A stretch of 55,865 nt of DNA, the filler included, from Platydemus manokwari (taxonomy: Eukaryota), in assembly GCA_037951405.1 (NCBI GenBank). It is 5 parts of 5 records of this genome, joined end to end, with 100 filler letters (N's around TTAATTAATTAA, not from the genome) between each part and the next. Parts side by side here need not be neighbours in the genome. Positions count along the whole stretch, not along the records: positions 8,931 to 22,070 come from JBBMOY011824723.1; positions 22,171 to 31,993 come from JBBMOY011200209.1; 3 more parts are not named here. The stretch is one strand, 5' to 3'. Below the pieces are notes generated by a model that searched no databases, was not told where the DNA came from, and worked only from the letters and a program-made list of their open reading frames with translations. Shown one piece after another: positions 13,001 through 24,938 of the stretch. Both the position numbers and the translations under genes were made by a program. The first letter of the stretch is position 1. Every line of letters starts with the position of its first letter.

Positions 13001-14655
13001 TAAAATAAATTGAATAAATGTGGAAACTAAATAAACAAAAAAGCACCAGAGCAATACAATAATTATAACTAATAATTATGACTTTAAACCAGTGACCTTC
13101 ACACTTTTCATGTTGCGACCCAATTTACGAGTCCAAATTTTTCGTGACCCCCAGGTACTAAAATAAAAATAACAAAATAATTTTTTTCAATAAAAAAATA
13201 CTTTTTAAAAGGCCAATAAATTAAAATATATTTAATAATAATAACGATTTTGCACATTATGGGATTAACATCAAATATTGGCTCTATTTCGCTGATGACT
13301 AGTCTCAGTACTAATTGGAGATTTTTAAAATTCGATCGATATTTTGTCTGAGATTAGAATCGAGTTGAATCATGCTTTTTAATTTTAGTGATTTCATAAT
13401 CTTAACATTTTGAAATTCAAATTTATTATTTCATTACATGAATTCATTTGTCATTACATTGAATTGTCATTATTTTTATGAAAATTATTAAAAAATTAAT
13501 TTCAAAAAAGTAAATAACCTCGAAATATTGTGCCAAACTATATCGATTCAATAAAATTTTCAAATACAAACTCGGTTTCTTTCGACTTATGAAACCCACT
13601 GAAATATTTTTCGAATTACGATTATCATGATAGAAATCTTCAAGAAATTTTTCAATACTTTCATCATGCATACTTCCCGAAACGACTACGTGCTTTCTAT
13701 TGACAACAGGTTTATAAGATTTATTATAAATCGAGTGTGACATGAGAATATCAGAAATTTCTGGAATGAAACTGACAAATATACCCATAGAAATTAATAT
13801 GAAAATACAAATGAATATCCTCCCGCACTCGGTATTTGCAACAACATCTCCATACCCAATGGTAGCCATTGTGACAAGAGTAAAATAGAAACTTTTACCG
13901 TACGAAATATTTTGATGATTTTCATATTTCATCCAAATATCGCCGGTATTTTCAATTAAAAAAAATAAACCCGCACCACCAACCCAAATACTCAGAAAAA
14001 TACTGGCTAAATGCCAAAGCCGAATAATATTCCTGACATCCATCAAACCAATTCGTTGAATAGCATCTGGCACTTTATAAATCCAAAAGAATCTCAAGAA
14101 TAAAAATCCAGACCAAGTCCTTTGTAGTATTATTCCAGTGAAAACATTTGGAATGGTGAATATATCAATTATCGTATAAATATTTCTCCAATAATCCATT
14201 AAATTTCTCTGCGTTATGAATTCCAGACCAAAACAAACACAGAAATAAAACATCAACGCAATTTGAACGATTTCGAACACGTTTTCCGTCCACAAGCAAC
14301 AATTCTCCACAATTGGATTACTGTATCCATTTACGGCAAAAATAACAAATGAAATCATATTCATACAAATATTAAACAAATTCAATTTGGATTGAAATAA
14401 TTCATAGTCCACAAGAAATCTCGATAAAAATGAAAACGGTCCTTGAGAGTATCTGCTAAATTGATAAATATCCAAATTGCTGTGACTTTGAAATCTTCTG
14501 TTCACGGTTGCATAAATTTTCGATAGAAGATATTTATTGTATTTGATTTTAACCAATAAAATAAAATAAACAACACCATAAATTAGACAATCAATACCAA
14601 GAAATATGAACCATTTTTTATCTTCACATGATTTATAACAAAACCAACTTTTCAT
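10025..14655 (-). CDS. Slo/BK-family (KCNMA1/KCNU1-like) potassium channel alpha subunit, divergent; exons 14655-13519 and 11800-10025, ~970 aa
   Basis: S0-S6 helices, pore TMATIGYGDV, S6 FIPEISD, RCK1 RKHVVVSG, DAANIMRVIS, ELKLGILARSCL, linker CEKCH, RCK2 GHFVLC..NFIKPLR, TQAFASG, FGIYRL. GT..AG phase-0 intron 13518-11801 joins YFE|GTAMRIYDL, matching Slo1 FYQGSVLNPHDL. Confidence 0.93.
13090..13160 (+). mobile_element. Possible truncated hAT (Buster/Charlie-like) left end inside the Slo intron
   Basis: CAGTGACCTTCACACTTTT terminus, repeated g(c/t)gaccc subterminal motifs, preceded by CTTTAAAC with central TA. No right end seen. Confidence 0.35.
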
Positions 14656-15855
14656 TTCAATCGATGTAATATCGATTTTTATTATTGTCGATTTAATTTA
14701 AATGCAACAAACCAACTGAGACACTCATAGTCATATGGACTGGATATACGTGTAATGCATCATATGAGAATTACTTATAATTATGAATATTAGAAACAAC
14801 GCTTTGAGTTGATATGGGAACTGAAATAATTACAGACTTGTACATCAATAAATTATTAGCTCAAACCAGTATTTACATTGATACTAAAATCATATGAAAA
14901 TCAAAATACAAACGAATATAATTATTATTATATAAAGTAAACATGGAATTATTATCATAAAATCAAATTATTTATTATAAAAATTAAAATATATTGATAA
15001 AACTGGAGGGTCTGACGTTAAGTGTAGACAAATTTCACAAAAATCTAACGATCCTTTGCAAATAAGAATTCTTAATTTTACTAATTACATACACACGTGC
15101 TTACACTATTTTACATACAGAACCAACAACCAATGAAAACCAAGATACAATGGAAAGTTCATTCTAATTAAACACACATTCACACCAGCTGGTAAACTTA
15201 GAGATTATGAGATCATCATTCTCAAAAACCACTAATGCCAATCCAAATTCAAAAGTCAGAAATGCAAAATGAGAATAAAACCGAAAAAATAGGATCAATT
15301 GTGAATCTTTGGACAAAAGGGCTATACCTATTTTGAGAGTTTTGTGATGATTTCAGTTCAATAATTATGAACCCACAAAAAATACAGATATGTTAATTGA
15401 CTTTCACTTAATCATTAAAAACTTAAATTGTGAAAGACAATCAGATTAAGTAGAATTTGACAAAATATTAACAGAAATTATAAAACAGTAGCAAATTTTT
15501 CAGTGATTGTTTCAAAAAGACGGAAGAAATATTTATTTCAGGCCATTCGTTTCTGTGTGTAAAACGAATATCTTGGCTAACAGTTCGATCAAGTCAATAA
15601 TTATAACAAAAAAAATTCTTTCATTGTCAACAACATCTTACATACATTACCCATAAAACGTATAACTTAACAAAGAGTTAACATTAATAAATGTAAAAAT
15701 ATAAAAATACAATTAAAGACTGATAAATTAAAAGTACACAAAATATTATTAATAAAATGGTAATAAATCTTTAAAAATTGGTCCATCTCGATTGCAAATT
15801 AACATTTTGTTCTTTATTTAATTGAAATAAAGTCAATAAATCTCATAAATGCTAA

Positions 15856-16374
15856 TTAATCATTTAATTTTGCTAAATGAACAAGTATTATACTATCACC
15901 ACGTAAAAATAATTGGTCGGAAAATATAGTTTTGACTTCTTCAAGTGATGCTAAATTATTGTTTATCGAAAACGTTGAATCACTCATTACTTTTTTCATG
16001 TTCTAATTGAAAACTCAATAATCATAAAATTCCATACAAAATTATTTACCAAATGTTTATTTATAATTTTATACTCTCTTGTATTTTGAATTACCTAATA
16101 ATATGAAAATTAAAACCAAGTTATTAAAAATGTAGACTACCAAATTCCAATGTTTATCGAATGCTATTAAGTTGCCCAGCACAATGCTTCGTAATGAATT
16201 TAAATTCCGGGTTAAAATAACAATTTCTGATTTATTTTCCATCCATTTTTGCATTAATGAAAATGGACCATGTTTACATTTTTCTACATTATGGTAAATT
16301 TTTAAGTTTCAGTTATTAAAATAATTACCTTTCCAAAATTCAATTAGACCATTTAATTTTTTACTATTATTCAT
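15856..16374 (-). CDS. LSM11: U7 snRNP Sm-like protein Lsm11; exons 16374-16329, 16283-16141, 16094-16050, 16002-15856 (~126 aa; a further 5' exon is possible)
   Basis: GPFSLMQKWMENKSEIVILTRNLNSLRSIVLGNLIAFDKHWNLVI (Sm1 with the Lsm11-type AFDKHWN), long spacer, then DQLFLRGDSIILVHLA (Sm2). Three GT-AG introns of 45-47 nt keep the frame. Confidence 0.8.
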
Positions 16375-18015
16375 TTTTTTATCATAACCAAAACTGTGTT
16401 TAAAAGTGTGCTTTATTTAAATCATATATTTAAACAAATATTTTTAAGTATAAATTTAAAAAATTAAGAAATATGAAATCGTCATTAAATTAGTTATGAT
16501 TATATTTTATCAAATCTAAAAAACATTTTGTATGCTAAAATTCTTATTCATCTCAGAATGACCATATAATTTTAGAATATATATGGAATTTATGATTGTA
16601 AATCACAGTTTATGATTCAAAATAACTAAATCACAAACAATTACTGGTATAGGCAATTTAATGATGCACAAGGAAAATTAATCAGAACGACTAGAATTTC
16701 AATAGCAACGAATCTGTCTGAAGTTTGAAACATGCAGTCTGCATATCTAAACATTTTAAAATAATCTTTTAGTTTACGTACATATAAGTATAACACAAAA
16801 TTAGCTATGTTTTCAGAATACACATAGATCTTTTTATTGAACATTATTTTTTCCATTTTTTATGTTTACTCCATTCTCTCCAAGATCAGTCACCTGTTTT
16901 CGGAAGCACTTGATAAGTGTTCTACTTTATTAAATAATTTTTTTTTCATAGAATTTGGGTTTATAATTATTTTATTATTATTATAGTTTATTTATATGTT
17001 ACAGTTTTTTTTATTATAATGTAAATTTTTAAAGGGTTTTCAATTTGCGTGATTTTGATACATATTATAAACTGGTTTTACCATATTATTTTGCATTTAA
17101 CGTGCATAGTATTTTCCTTATATTAACAACAGAAGTTTCAGAATTTACATTTAAATATTCAATATTATTTCGTAAGAAGTGCAACTATTATCAGAACATT
17201 GTCTTTTCAAATTGATAATAGTCCCAAACATCAACAATTAAATATTGTTGAGTAAGACAAAATTATTTGGTTATTCAGAATTTAGACCCAACAATATGGC
17301 TGTGTATTACCAGTGCAATAATTATCTTAAGAATGAGGGTACTCAGTTAATAATGACTGGTGGAAATATGTCAATGTTTACTAAAATATGAAACAATTAA
17401 TAAGTGAACTCACACGAACTTGTCTTTTCAAAAAAAATTAGCTGGGCATTACCTTAACTCAAAACTAAAGACAAATAATATCGTTGGTTTTTTACGTTCC
17501 TGCGTTTGTTTAAAACTCAAAGACTCAACAGTCTGAGTACTTTTCTACGGTTTATAATCAGTCTCCGATTTTAAAGATGAAACCATAAGCTATTAAACAA
17601 GTCAATTGACAAACCTTTATTTATTCAATAATATGCAGATTAGACGATTTCATAATTCAATAAAACACTGAGTATGATCACAGTTAGTCATTGCCATGAG
17701 ATTGTTCTATCATGTTATTTTTTGCGTCAATTTCAAATCAGCATCAGATAACAGACCATGCATTCTGTATTCTAACATTTTCGGTGATTGATTAGTATGT
17801 TTTGTCCAAACTTTATTGTCCATTTCTATGACCAAAGCAATCTTTTGGTTTATAAGGGATTAATCAATATTAATAAGAGTTTTTAATCATATAAAGCATT
17901 AACTGCTGAATAAATATTTGATTTAAACTTCTTATGTCAAATTTGTTAAATTTGTTTCAAAATTTTTGTTGCGTTTCCTATTATATATATATACCTTGAA
18001 TAGTTTTTATAATAG

Positions 18016-18871
18016 TGTTAGGATCCGAACCCACAGTGAGTCACAGAACGACACAATAACATGATACGCCCACAAACATAATCACATAATTAAAAATCCA
18101 AAAAATAAATAAAAATCCTATAAATAGAAAGAAATTAAAAATAGAATTTAATAATTATAAAAATGGAATAGAAACTAAAAATATAATTTATTAATTACAA
18201 AAATAGAACAGAAAACAAAAATAGGATTTTAAAATTCCAGAAATAGAAAAATCGTGATTGGTTAAAATTATAACGAAAATAGTATATAAGTAGCTAGAGA
18301 TTTAGAACAAATCACCAAAAAAGTTAACTGTGAATAACCACTTATCAGTCTAAAAGCACAGTCACCTACCATAAACACTACGATTGTATATCAGCCAAAG
18401 AAATTAGTCACAGAAAGAAGTATTAGTCAGCTACATGACAAGCATAGAAATCTCCTCCACAAGCCAATTGATTTAGTCGGCGAGGAACAGACCGAATTAT
18501 TGATCGTTATTTTCATACCGTGGCGATTCATTCGGTATTAAGTAAAACTTTCTTCGTTTTGTTCCTACCTTTTTTAATAGCTTTTATTCATTGTACGGTT
18601 CATCCGTATCGTGAATCTTACTCTCTGGTTAAATGAGCCACACTTCGCCAGTTCTGTGTTTCCATAATTATATCAAATTAATTTTGTTCATTTTATATTG
18701 TTGTTATATGATTGATAATTATATTTTACAGCATATTCGCGTTATTGTTATTTATTATACTATTATTTATAATTAAATTGCAACCTACATACTTCACACG
18801 AAACAGAACCGATTGTCTGGAGTCCGATCGGTACAACAGCGAGCATCTCAACAACCAATCTCATCACAACA
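18016..18871 (+). mobile_element. Solo long LTR-like element
   Basis: Imperfect inverted termini TGTTAGGAT...ATCACAACA; ATTGG box and TATATAAG at ~18257-18290; A-rich then T-rich halves. TSD not matched. Confidence 0.5.
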
Positions 18872-19533
18872 AATTAAATTTAAAATAATTCAATTTAAAT
18901 TTTAAACCTCACAATTTAAATGTTGTTTTTATCAATATTTGTGGTCAGTTGTGCGGCTCAGAAACTCAGTTTTCCTAAAATTCATTTGTATGACACACTA
19001 TATTTTCGTTGCTTGGATCCCATTTTTACGATAAATGCTCGATTACCTGACTATCCTTTATCGAAATTGTGGTTTTCATTAAAACTTCTCCAATCGATAT
19101 AAGAAGTGACTGGACTATATTTTGAAGCAAGGCTAACTCTGCCCTTTCATTGACTTCAACAATACGAAAAAAGTAACTGTGATGACCAAGTTTTGCAATT
19201 TACAAAATAGATAAAACTAACAGACAATTCAATCCCTAACACGATTATCTTTCAATGGAGTATGTTGACAGTCTTTTCCAAATTATTTGGAGAACATTCT
19301 AATTTCACGCTCTCTGATTTTTAAAAACAACGTGTAATGTAAATATTAATTTGGATGTGTTAATAGCCATCTCTCTATCAGTAAATTGATATTGATACTG
19401 CCTGAAATGCAATATTGCCGCAATTGTAAATTACTAAAAAGTACAATTTAAATGTAGTTGGAAGCTAAGAGAACCTTTGTAGAATACAAGAACGACAACT
19501 TCCTTTACTATAGGCTAATAGCTATATGAATGC

Positions 19534-19737
19534 TGTTAGCTGCAACTATTTTAAAAAACACACATTAAATCAAATAAAAAGTCAAGACACAATCAATATA
19601 TCTTAAATCCAAACATTTAAACAAATATTTCTAATTTTACATTAATTTAATTTTTTATAAAATTAAAATTAAATCTGAATTAAATTTGAATAAAATTTGA
19701 ATTAAAATTAAATTTAATTCATTTAAAATATCTCAAA
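19534..19737 (-). mobile_element. Solo short LTR of the short-LTR Gypsy family
   Basis: Aligns with the LTRs at 37387-37530 and 37759-37913; perfect 5-bp TSD AATGC (19529-33, 19738-42). Confidence 0.8.
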
Positions 19738-20605
19738 AATGCTTTTATTATGAAATGTGTTAGCGTCAATGAATTTTTGTTAATTTGGACTTGCCATTTT
19801 CATACCTTTGATTTTGCGTGTGTTTATCATCACTTTTTCTAATAGTAATTAATTTATTAATTATTATTAATTATTTATTTACTGTTTTAATATTCTAGTG
19901 CATATTCTTATTATTTAATTAATAGTTTCGCAATTTCCTAAATTATAGCCAACACAAAATAAAGAGATATATTTGATTCTTGATATAAAACATTTAAATC
20001 ACTGATTAATAACTATTTGAGATTATGTAAATATGTACAGAAATATTCTTATTTATAAATAGTTATGCAGTGTTGGAATTACATTTATTAAATTACCGAT
20101 TTGATCGAGTTTGAAGAAAATGTCCTCTAACGATCAGAATAAAAAAGAAATATCATTGTTTATAATTTATTTATAATAAGGCTTTTAGTTAGGACAAAGA
20201 TTGGAAGAATCATTTGCACAAATTCTAAACAACTCCATTTAGATAACAATAAATTTGATCAAAATCTGTTTTCACTTTCTCTATTGTATTTCAATATGAA
20301 GGTTATTCATCAAATTTTCAATAATTTTAGAAAAAAAAGATGTTTCTACAAATATAATATAAAATAAAATTATATTTCTGCATTAAATATCTTTTCGATT
20401 GTTTTATTTATTCATTATTTTTTGTTATGCAGATTAATTATAATCATTTCGTAACAAACAATAAAATTATTGATTATATAATCAGAAATAATTAGTGAAA
20501 CATTTAAACATGGTATTACAAGATTCTATTGATCCCAAACGTTTACGATTTTATTCCAACAAATTATATATGATTTTAAAGTTTTTATAAAAGTTTTTTT
20601 ATATA

Positions 20606-21262
20606 AAGCATTGGAACGAAAGTCTTGTCCGATAGAAAATAATATTTTTTTAACCAATAAAGGCAATATGTAAATTGAGAGATACAAACAAAACATCAAT
20701 CGTCTGTGAATCTAAAAAAATCCAGTGTTTTATAAAGAAATGTTTAAATACATTATTAAACCCTTTTTTAAATGTTTAAATTCTATCTTATAATTAAATA
20801 ATTTTTTCAGATAGCTATCATTTAAAAAATATTATTTATCGTCGGTGCGATTCAAGAAAAGAGCCAATGGTTGCATGGAAACAGTTTTGAAAAGCTCCAT
20901 TTCCTTTACCATAACGATCGACACGTTTAACTCAAATTAAGCTTGCTGAGATCGGTTTTATGGCAATACCGCATCCGCCATACTCTCCATACCTTGCCCT
21001 TCATACTATCTCCTGTTTTCTCCTCTGAAAAACTCATTTCGTGCAAAAATGGTTCGCATCAAGACCTGCAGAATTCTATGAAAACGGCATAAAACAACTT
21101 CAGAAAGGCTGGAAAAAGTGTGTGGACCTTAATTGTGATTATTTTCAACATTTTAGATTTACAGATGAATGATGTTTTCTTTATACTTCTCAATTTACAT
21201 ATTTTCTTTATTGGTTAAATAAATATAATTTTCTATCGGACGAAACTTTCGTTCCAATCCCA
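20606..21262 (+). mobile_element. Internally deleted mariner DNA transposon
   Basis: TIRs attggaacgaaagtcttgtccgatagaaaat / attttctatcggacgaaactttcgttccaat with TA flanks; transposase C-terminus PHPPYSPYLA(P)SYYLLFSPLKN...WFASRPAEFYENGIKQLQKGWKKCVDLNCDYF. Confidence 0.88.
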
Positions 21263-22070
21263 TATTAATTAAAAGAAATGATTATCTTTAAGAAATTTAT
21301 TTGAATATTTTTGTTAAACTCATGTTCAATGAAATATTAGCAGCTAATAGCTTATATAAATCTTCACCGTTTAAACCATGGCTTTTTTCTTCATTAGAGA
21401 TCAACCTAGTCAAAATTAAAACTTCAAGTATTCTTTGTATTTACTTTTTAAAATTAAAAAACCTATAAATTTCAAATAGACCGCTACTCAATGTTTATAT
21501 CATTCAGAGCACTGAGAAACATTTCCTCAACTCTTATATATAATTTGAGATATTCTTAAATAATCGTATACAGTTTGATTATTGTAATATATAAATATTT
21601 TTCATTGATATTTTTATTTCAGTCTTAAAACTATAGCAATAATTTTTTAATTAGATTATCAAATTATCGACATGAATGAAATTCATAAATAGTTATTTAT
21701 TTTTTATATTGTGCTACGTTAATGAAGTTTTAAAAATTCAATTTTCAGTTTACGAGGAAAAATTTTATAAAATTATAAACCATTGTTAAACATGGATTTT
21801 TGAAATTTTCGATGGACGACATATATTTAATCTGTAAATTTATATATGAAAAAGAAAAAAAATTGTATTCAGATAACAACTAACCAGAGTATTTTCATGC
21901 TTAATTATTAAAACTGCTAAGAAAAAATGATTTTTAACTTCTAAAATTGTTGTAATGAAAAAATTGGTTTTAGATTTTGACTGGGTTTCAAATACATTCA
22001 ACAAATATTTGAAATTCTTATTTAAAATGTAATAAGTTTATGTGAGGCTAAATATTATAAAATACTGCAT

Positions 22071-22170
22071 NNNNNNNNNNNNNNNNNNNNNNNNNNNNNN
22101 NNNNNNNNNNNNNNTTAATTAATTAANNNNNNNNNNNNNNNNNNNNNNNNNNNNNNNNNNNNNNNNNNNN
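22071..22170. other. Artificial contig linker
   Basis: N44-TTAATTAATTAA-N44. Confidence 0.97.
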
Positions 22171-22346
22171 ATAAAAGTCAAGAAAACCTATCAGAAATTA
22201 TAAATATTAAAATAAATAATTTATGCTCAAAAATAAATAAATTAATTTTTTAAAAAATTTTAATTAAAAATATTTCTAATTTTTCTAAAAAGTATATATA
22301 TTTGTTTTAATAATCTTATATAAACATTTAATTAAAACAAAATAAG

Positions 22347-23786
22347 ATGTCTGAATGTCTTGTTTGTTATGATATAATTAGTGAAGATATAGGAAATCTC
22401 ATAAAACTTCAATGTGATCATGAATTTTGTAGTGATTGCGTTGAGAGTTTATTGAATATAATAGTTTCTTATGAGGATGATATTGATGATGGTTTTGAAA
22501 ATCCAAAGTGTCCTATAGATAGGTTTCCAATAACTACAATATGCCATGGAAATCAAAAGCAATCAATTATTCATTACAAATTAGATACTCTAACTTATAG
22601 ATTTCCAAATATAGTAATCACATACGATACGTATTCGTCGCAAATAATGACATCTTTTAGTGAAGTTTTCAATAATTTCCAAAACATAGTAGACATGGAT
22701 GATGAAAAATATAAGTCTTTGAAATACGGAGGCCTGAGTTTTACAATTTGTAATAAGTTCTGGAAAAAAGCAGATGAAATTGAAGAAATCTTTGATAATA
22801 AAAGAGAAATGAAGACATTAATGGATATCATTTTTAAATTAGAAGAAAATCATCAAGAAGTAATTCCACCAAAATATCTCAGAATTTTCAATTTTAAAAG
22901 AGCTTATTCTGAATTTTTAGAACACTTTTCGTTCGGTCTGGATTTATTTCCTGATATTGGCAGTACTACATCATGGCAGAAAATGATGTTATCCAAATTC
23001 ATTAAAGATAACCGTAATTACTTGATCGGTCTCACTATTTCATATGTTAGTAATAATCAACAAATTTACCAATTACTAAAATCTGATTTCAATAAAACCG
23101 ATATTGATCTATGTCTCATATGTGGTTCATTTATCAATGATAAAGAAATATTTGCCATATTTAGTGGATGTCAACACAAAATTTGTATTTATTGCATCGA
23201 TACATCAGTGGTATTGTATGGAATATGTCCTTATCATCTGGATGAAACTTCCGATTTGCAAATATCAAAAAATAAAAAATCTTTATCATCATATTTTTAT
23301 GAAAATTACAAGATTATTTTAACCAAATTATTTAATCTGTCTTTGGCCAACTATTTTGCCATTATAAATCACGCTTTCAATAATGAAAGAACGTCCGTAC
23401 GTGATTTTGAAGAGAAAATCCCACAGGAAATATCGTTCATTAATTTTTTTCACTTTTCGGCTTTGAATAGAAGCATAGAAATGTTGCAAATGAACTTTAA
23501 TGATTCAAAAGCAATGGATTACTTGCAGAATATTTTGATTATAATATCTAATTTGAGTGAGTATGTGGATGATTTGTGCTTTGAAGTTGTTAGATCTCCA
23601 CTTACCGGTAAAAAAGTGAATATTAACAATTATTATATTAATGACAATCCATTAAAGGAGAAAATAATGGAATGTGCAAACAAGATTGACAAAGAATTAT
23701 TTACAAAAATAACCGAAATGATAATATCGTTGGGGCATATGATCATTAGCAAGCTACATCCTGTGAAAAAAGAATTGTCATTTTGA
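22347..23786 (+). CDS. Intronless 479-aa protein with two RING fingers (putative E3 ubiquitin ligase)
   Basis: RING1 CLVC..CDHEFCSDC..CPID; RING2 CLIC..CQHKICIYC..CPYH; TATA-like sequence at ~22293 and AATAAA at ~23833 and ~23865. Confidence 0.85.
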   Translation: MSECLVCYDIISEDIGNLIKLQCDHEFCSDCVESLLNIIVSYEDDIDDGFENPKCPIDRFPITTICHGNQKQSIIHYKLDTLTYRFPNIVITYDTYSSQIMTSFSEVFNNFQNIVDMDDEKYKSLKYGGLSFTICNKFWKKADEIEEIFDNKREMKTLMDIIFKLEENHQEVIPPKYLRIFNFKRAYSEFLEHFSFGLDLFPDIGSTTSWQKMMLSKFIKDNRNYLIGLTISYVSNNQQIYQLLKSDFNKTDIDLCLICGSFINDKEIFAIFSGCQHKICIYCIDTSVVLYGICPYHLDETSDLQISKNKKSLSSYFYENYKIILTKLFNLSLANYFAIINHAFNNERTSVRDFEEKIPQEISFINFFHFSALNRSIEMLQMNFNDSKAMDYLQNILIIISNLSEYVDDLCFEVVRSPLTGKKVNINNYYINDNPLKEKIMECANKIDKELFTKITEMIISLGHMIISKLHPVKKELSF

Positions 23787-24785
23787 AAGTGATGAATGAT
23801 AATGAATATAATTCATGTCATTCGAGATTCCCAATAAACCATAAGTAAAATACAATTTTAACTTAATAAATGTTTGTTAAATAAAAATATTTGTTTTGTA
23901 TTTTAAAGTATAAGGGTTTTGACAGATCTCATTCGTAATAACTGTTCAAGATATCTTTTAATTTTTTTGTATTGTTACTGTAGATATCAAACATTAAATA
24001 TTTTAAATTTTGATACACTAAGTAGTATTGGCTCTACAAAATGCACAAAAGTTGTAAAGTCAGTTGTTTGAATATAACGTGTTTATAAAATGAATAAACT
24101 TCAAGAAAGCCTACGTATGTTTGGATTATTGGTGCTATTTGAGGTTTTTAATATTTCGTCATGTCGGTGCTGTACGATATTATTTCAATTTCATCAGTTG
24201 CATAGCAAATAATGTTGAAATAAATAATATAACATAATAATATAAATCAATAATTTTACAAATGTTCTAACTTAACTAACAGATTGGAGTTCGCTTTCAA
24301 ATCTTTCATTTCTTCATTCAATAGTTCGATTTCAACCGAATAATGCTATCTCTCGGTTTAGTGTTTGATTTACTAAAATATTTTTCAATCACAGAATATT
24401 ATTTGACAAATATTGATTTTATTTGTGTGGTTTGTGTTTTGGTTATCATCGGTATTTATTAATTATTTGTTAATATTTTGTAAATATTTTTCTTTAATGA
24501 TTCGATCTCGTTTGCATAATTATCGATCCAATTGATCAGGATTATATTCCCCATCATTTTATTCGTCAATCTTATTATTTATTATAACATTAAACTGGGC
24601 ATACATTACTATAAATTAAGTTATCGACAATAATCGTCACTTTTGATTCTTCGTCACTTCCATTCTTGTGTTTCTTGGTCTTCAATGCCTCTTTTCTAAA
24701 TTGGGTATTCATGGTTTCGTAGATCTTATAGCATGTTTATTGCACAACGAATAAAAGACGTTTTTTAGTTGCTTCCTTGTAGTCT

Positions 24786-24938
24786 AGTGAGGATATTAAA
24801 ATTTGAATTTAAATGATTTCATAAATTAATATCAAATCATATTAATTTGTCTAAATAACTATGATTAAATATATAATCATACGCCGCGACTCTCCAGTCG
24901 TTTTTAATGCGTGTTTTATAACATAGTAGCGGCTTACA
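24786..24938 (+). mobile_element. Solo short LTR of the short-LTR Gypsy family
   Basis: (a)GTGAGGATATT...TAGTAGCGGCTTACA; perfect 5-bp TSD AGTCT (24781-85, 24939-43). Confidence 0.75.

Noticed and set aside
10025-14655. Two separate channel ORFs (403 aa and 588 aa) suggesting a split channel
   Set aside because: A clean phase-0 GT-AG intron joins them into one gene.
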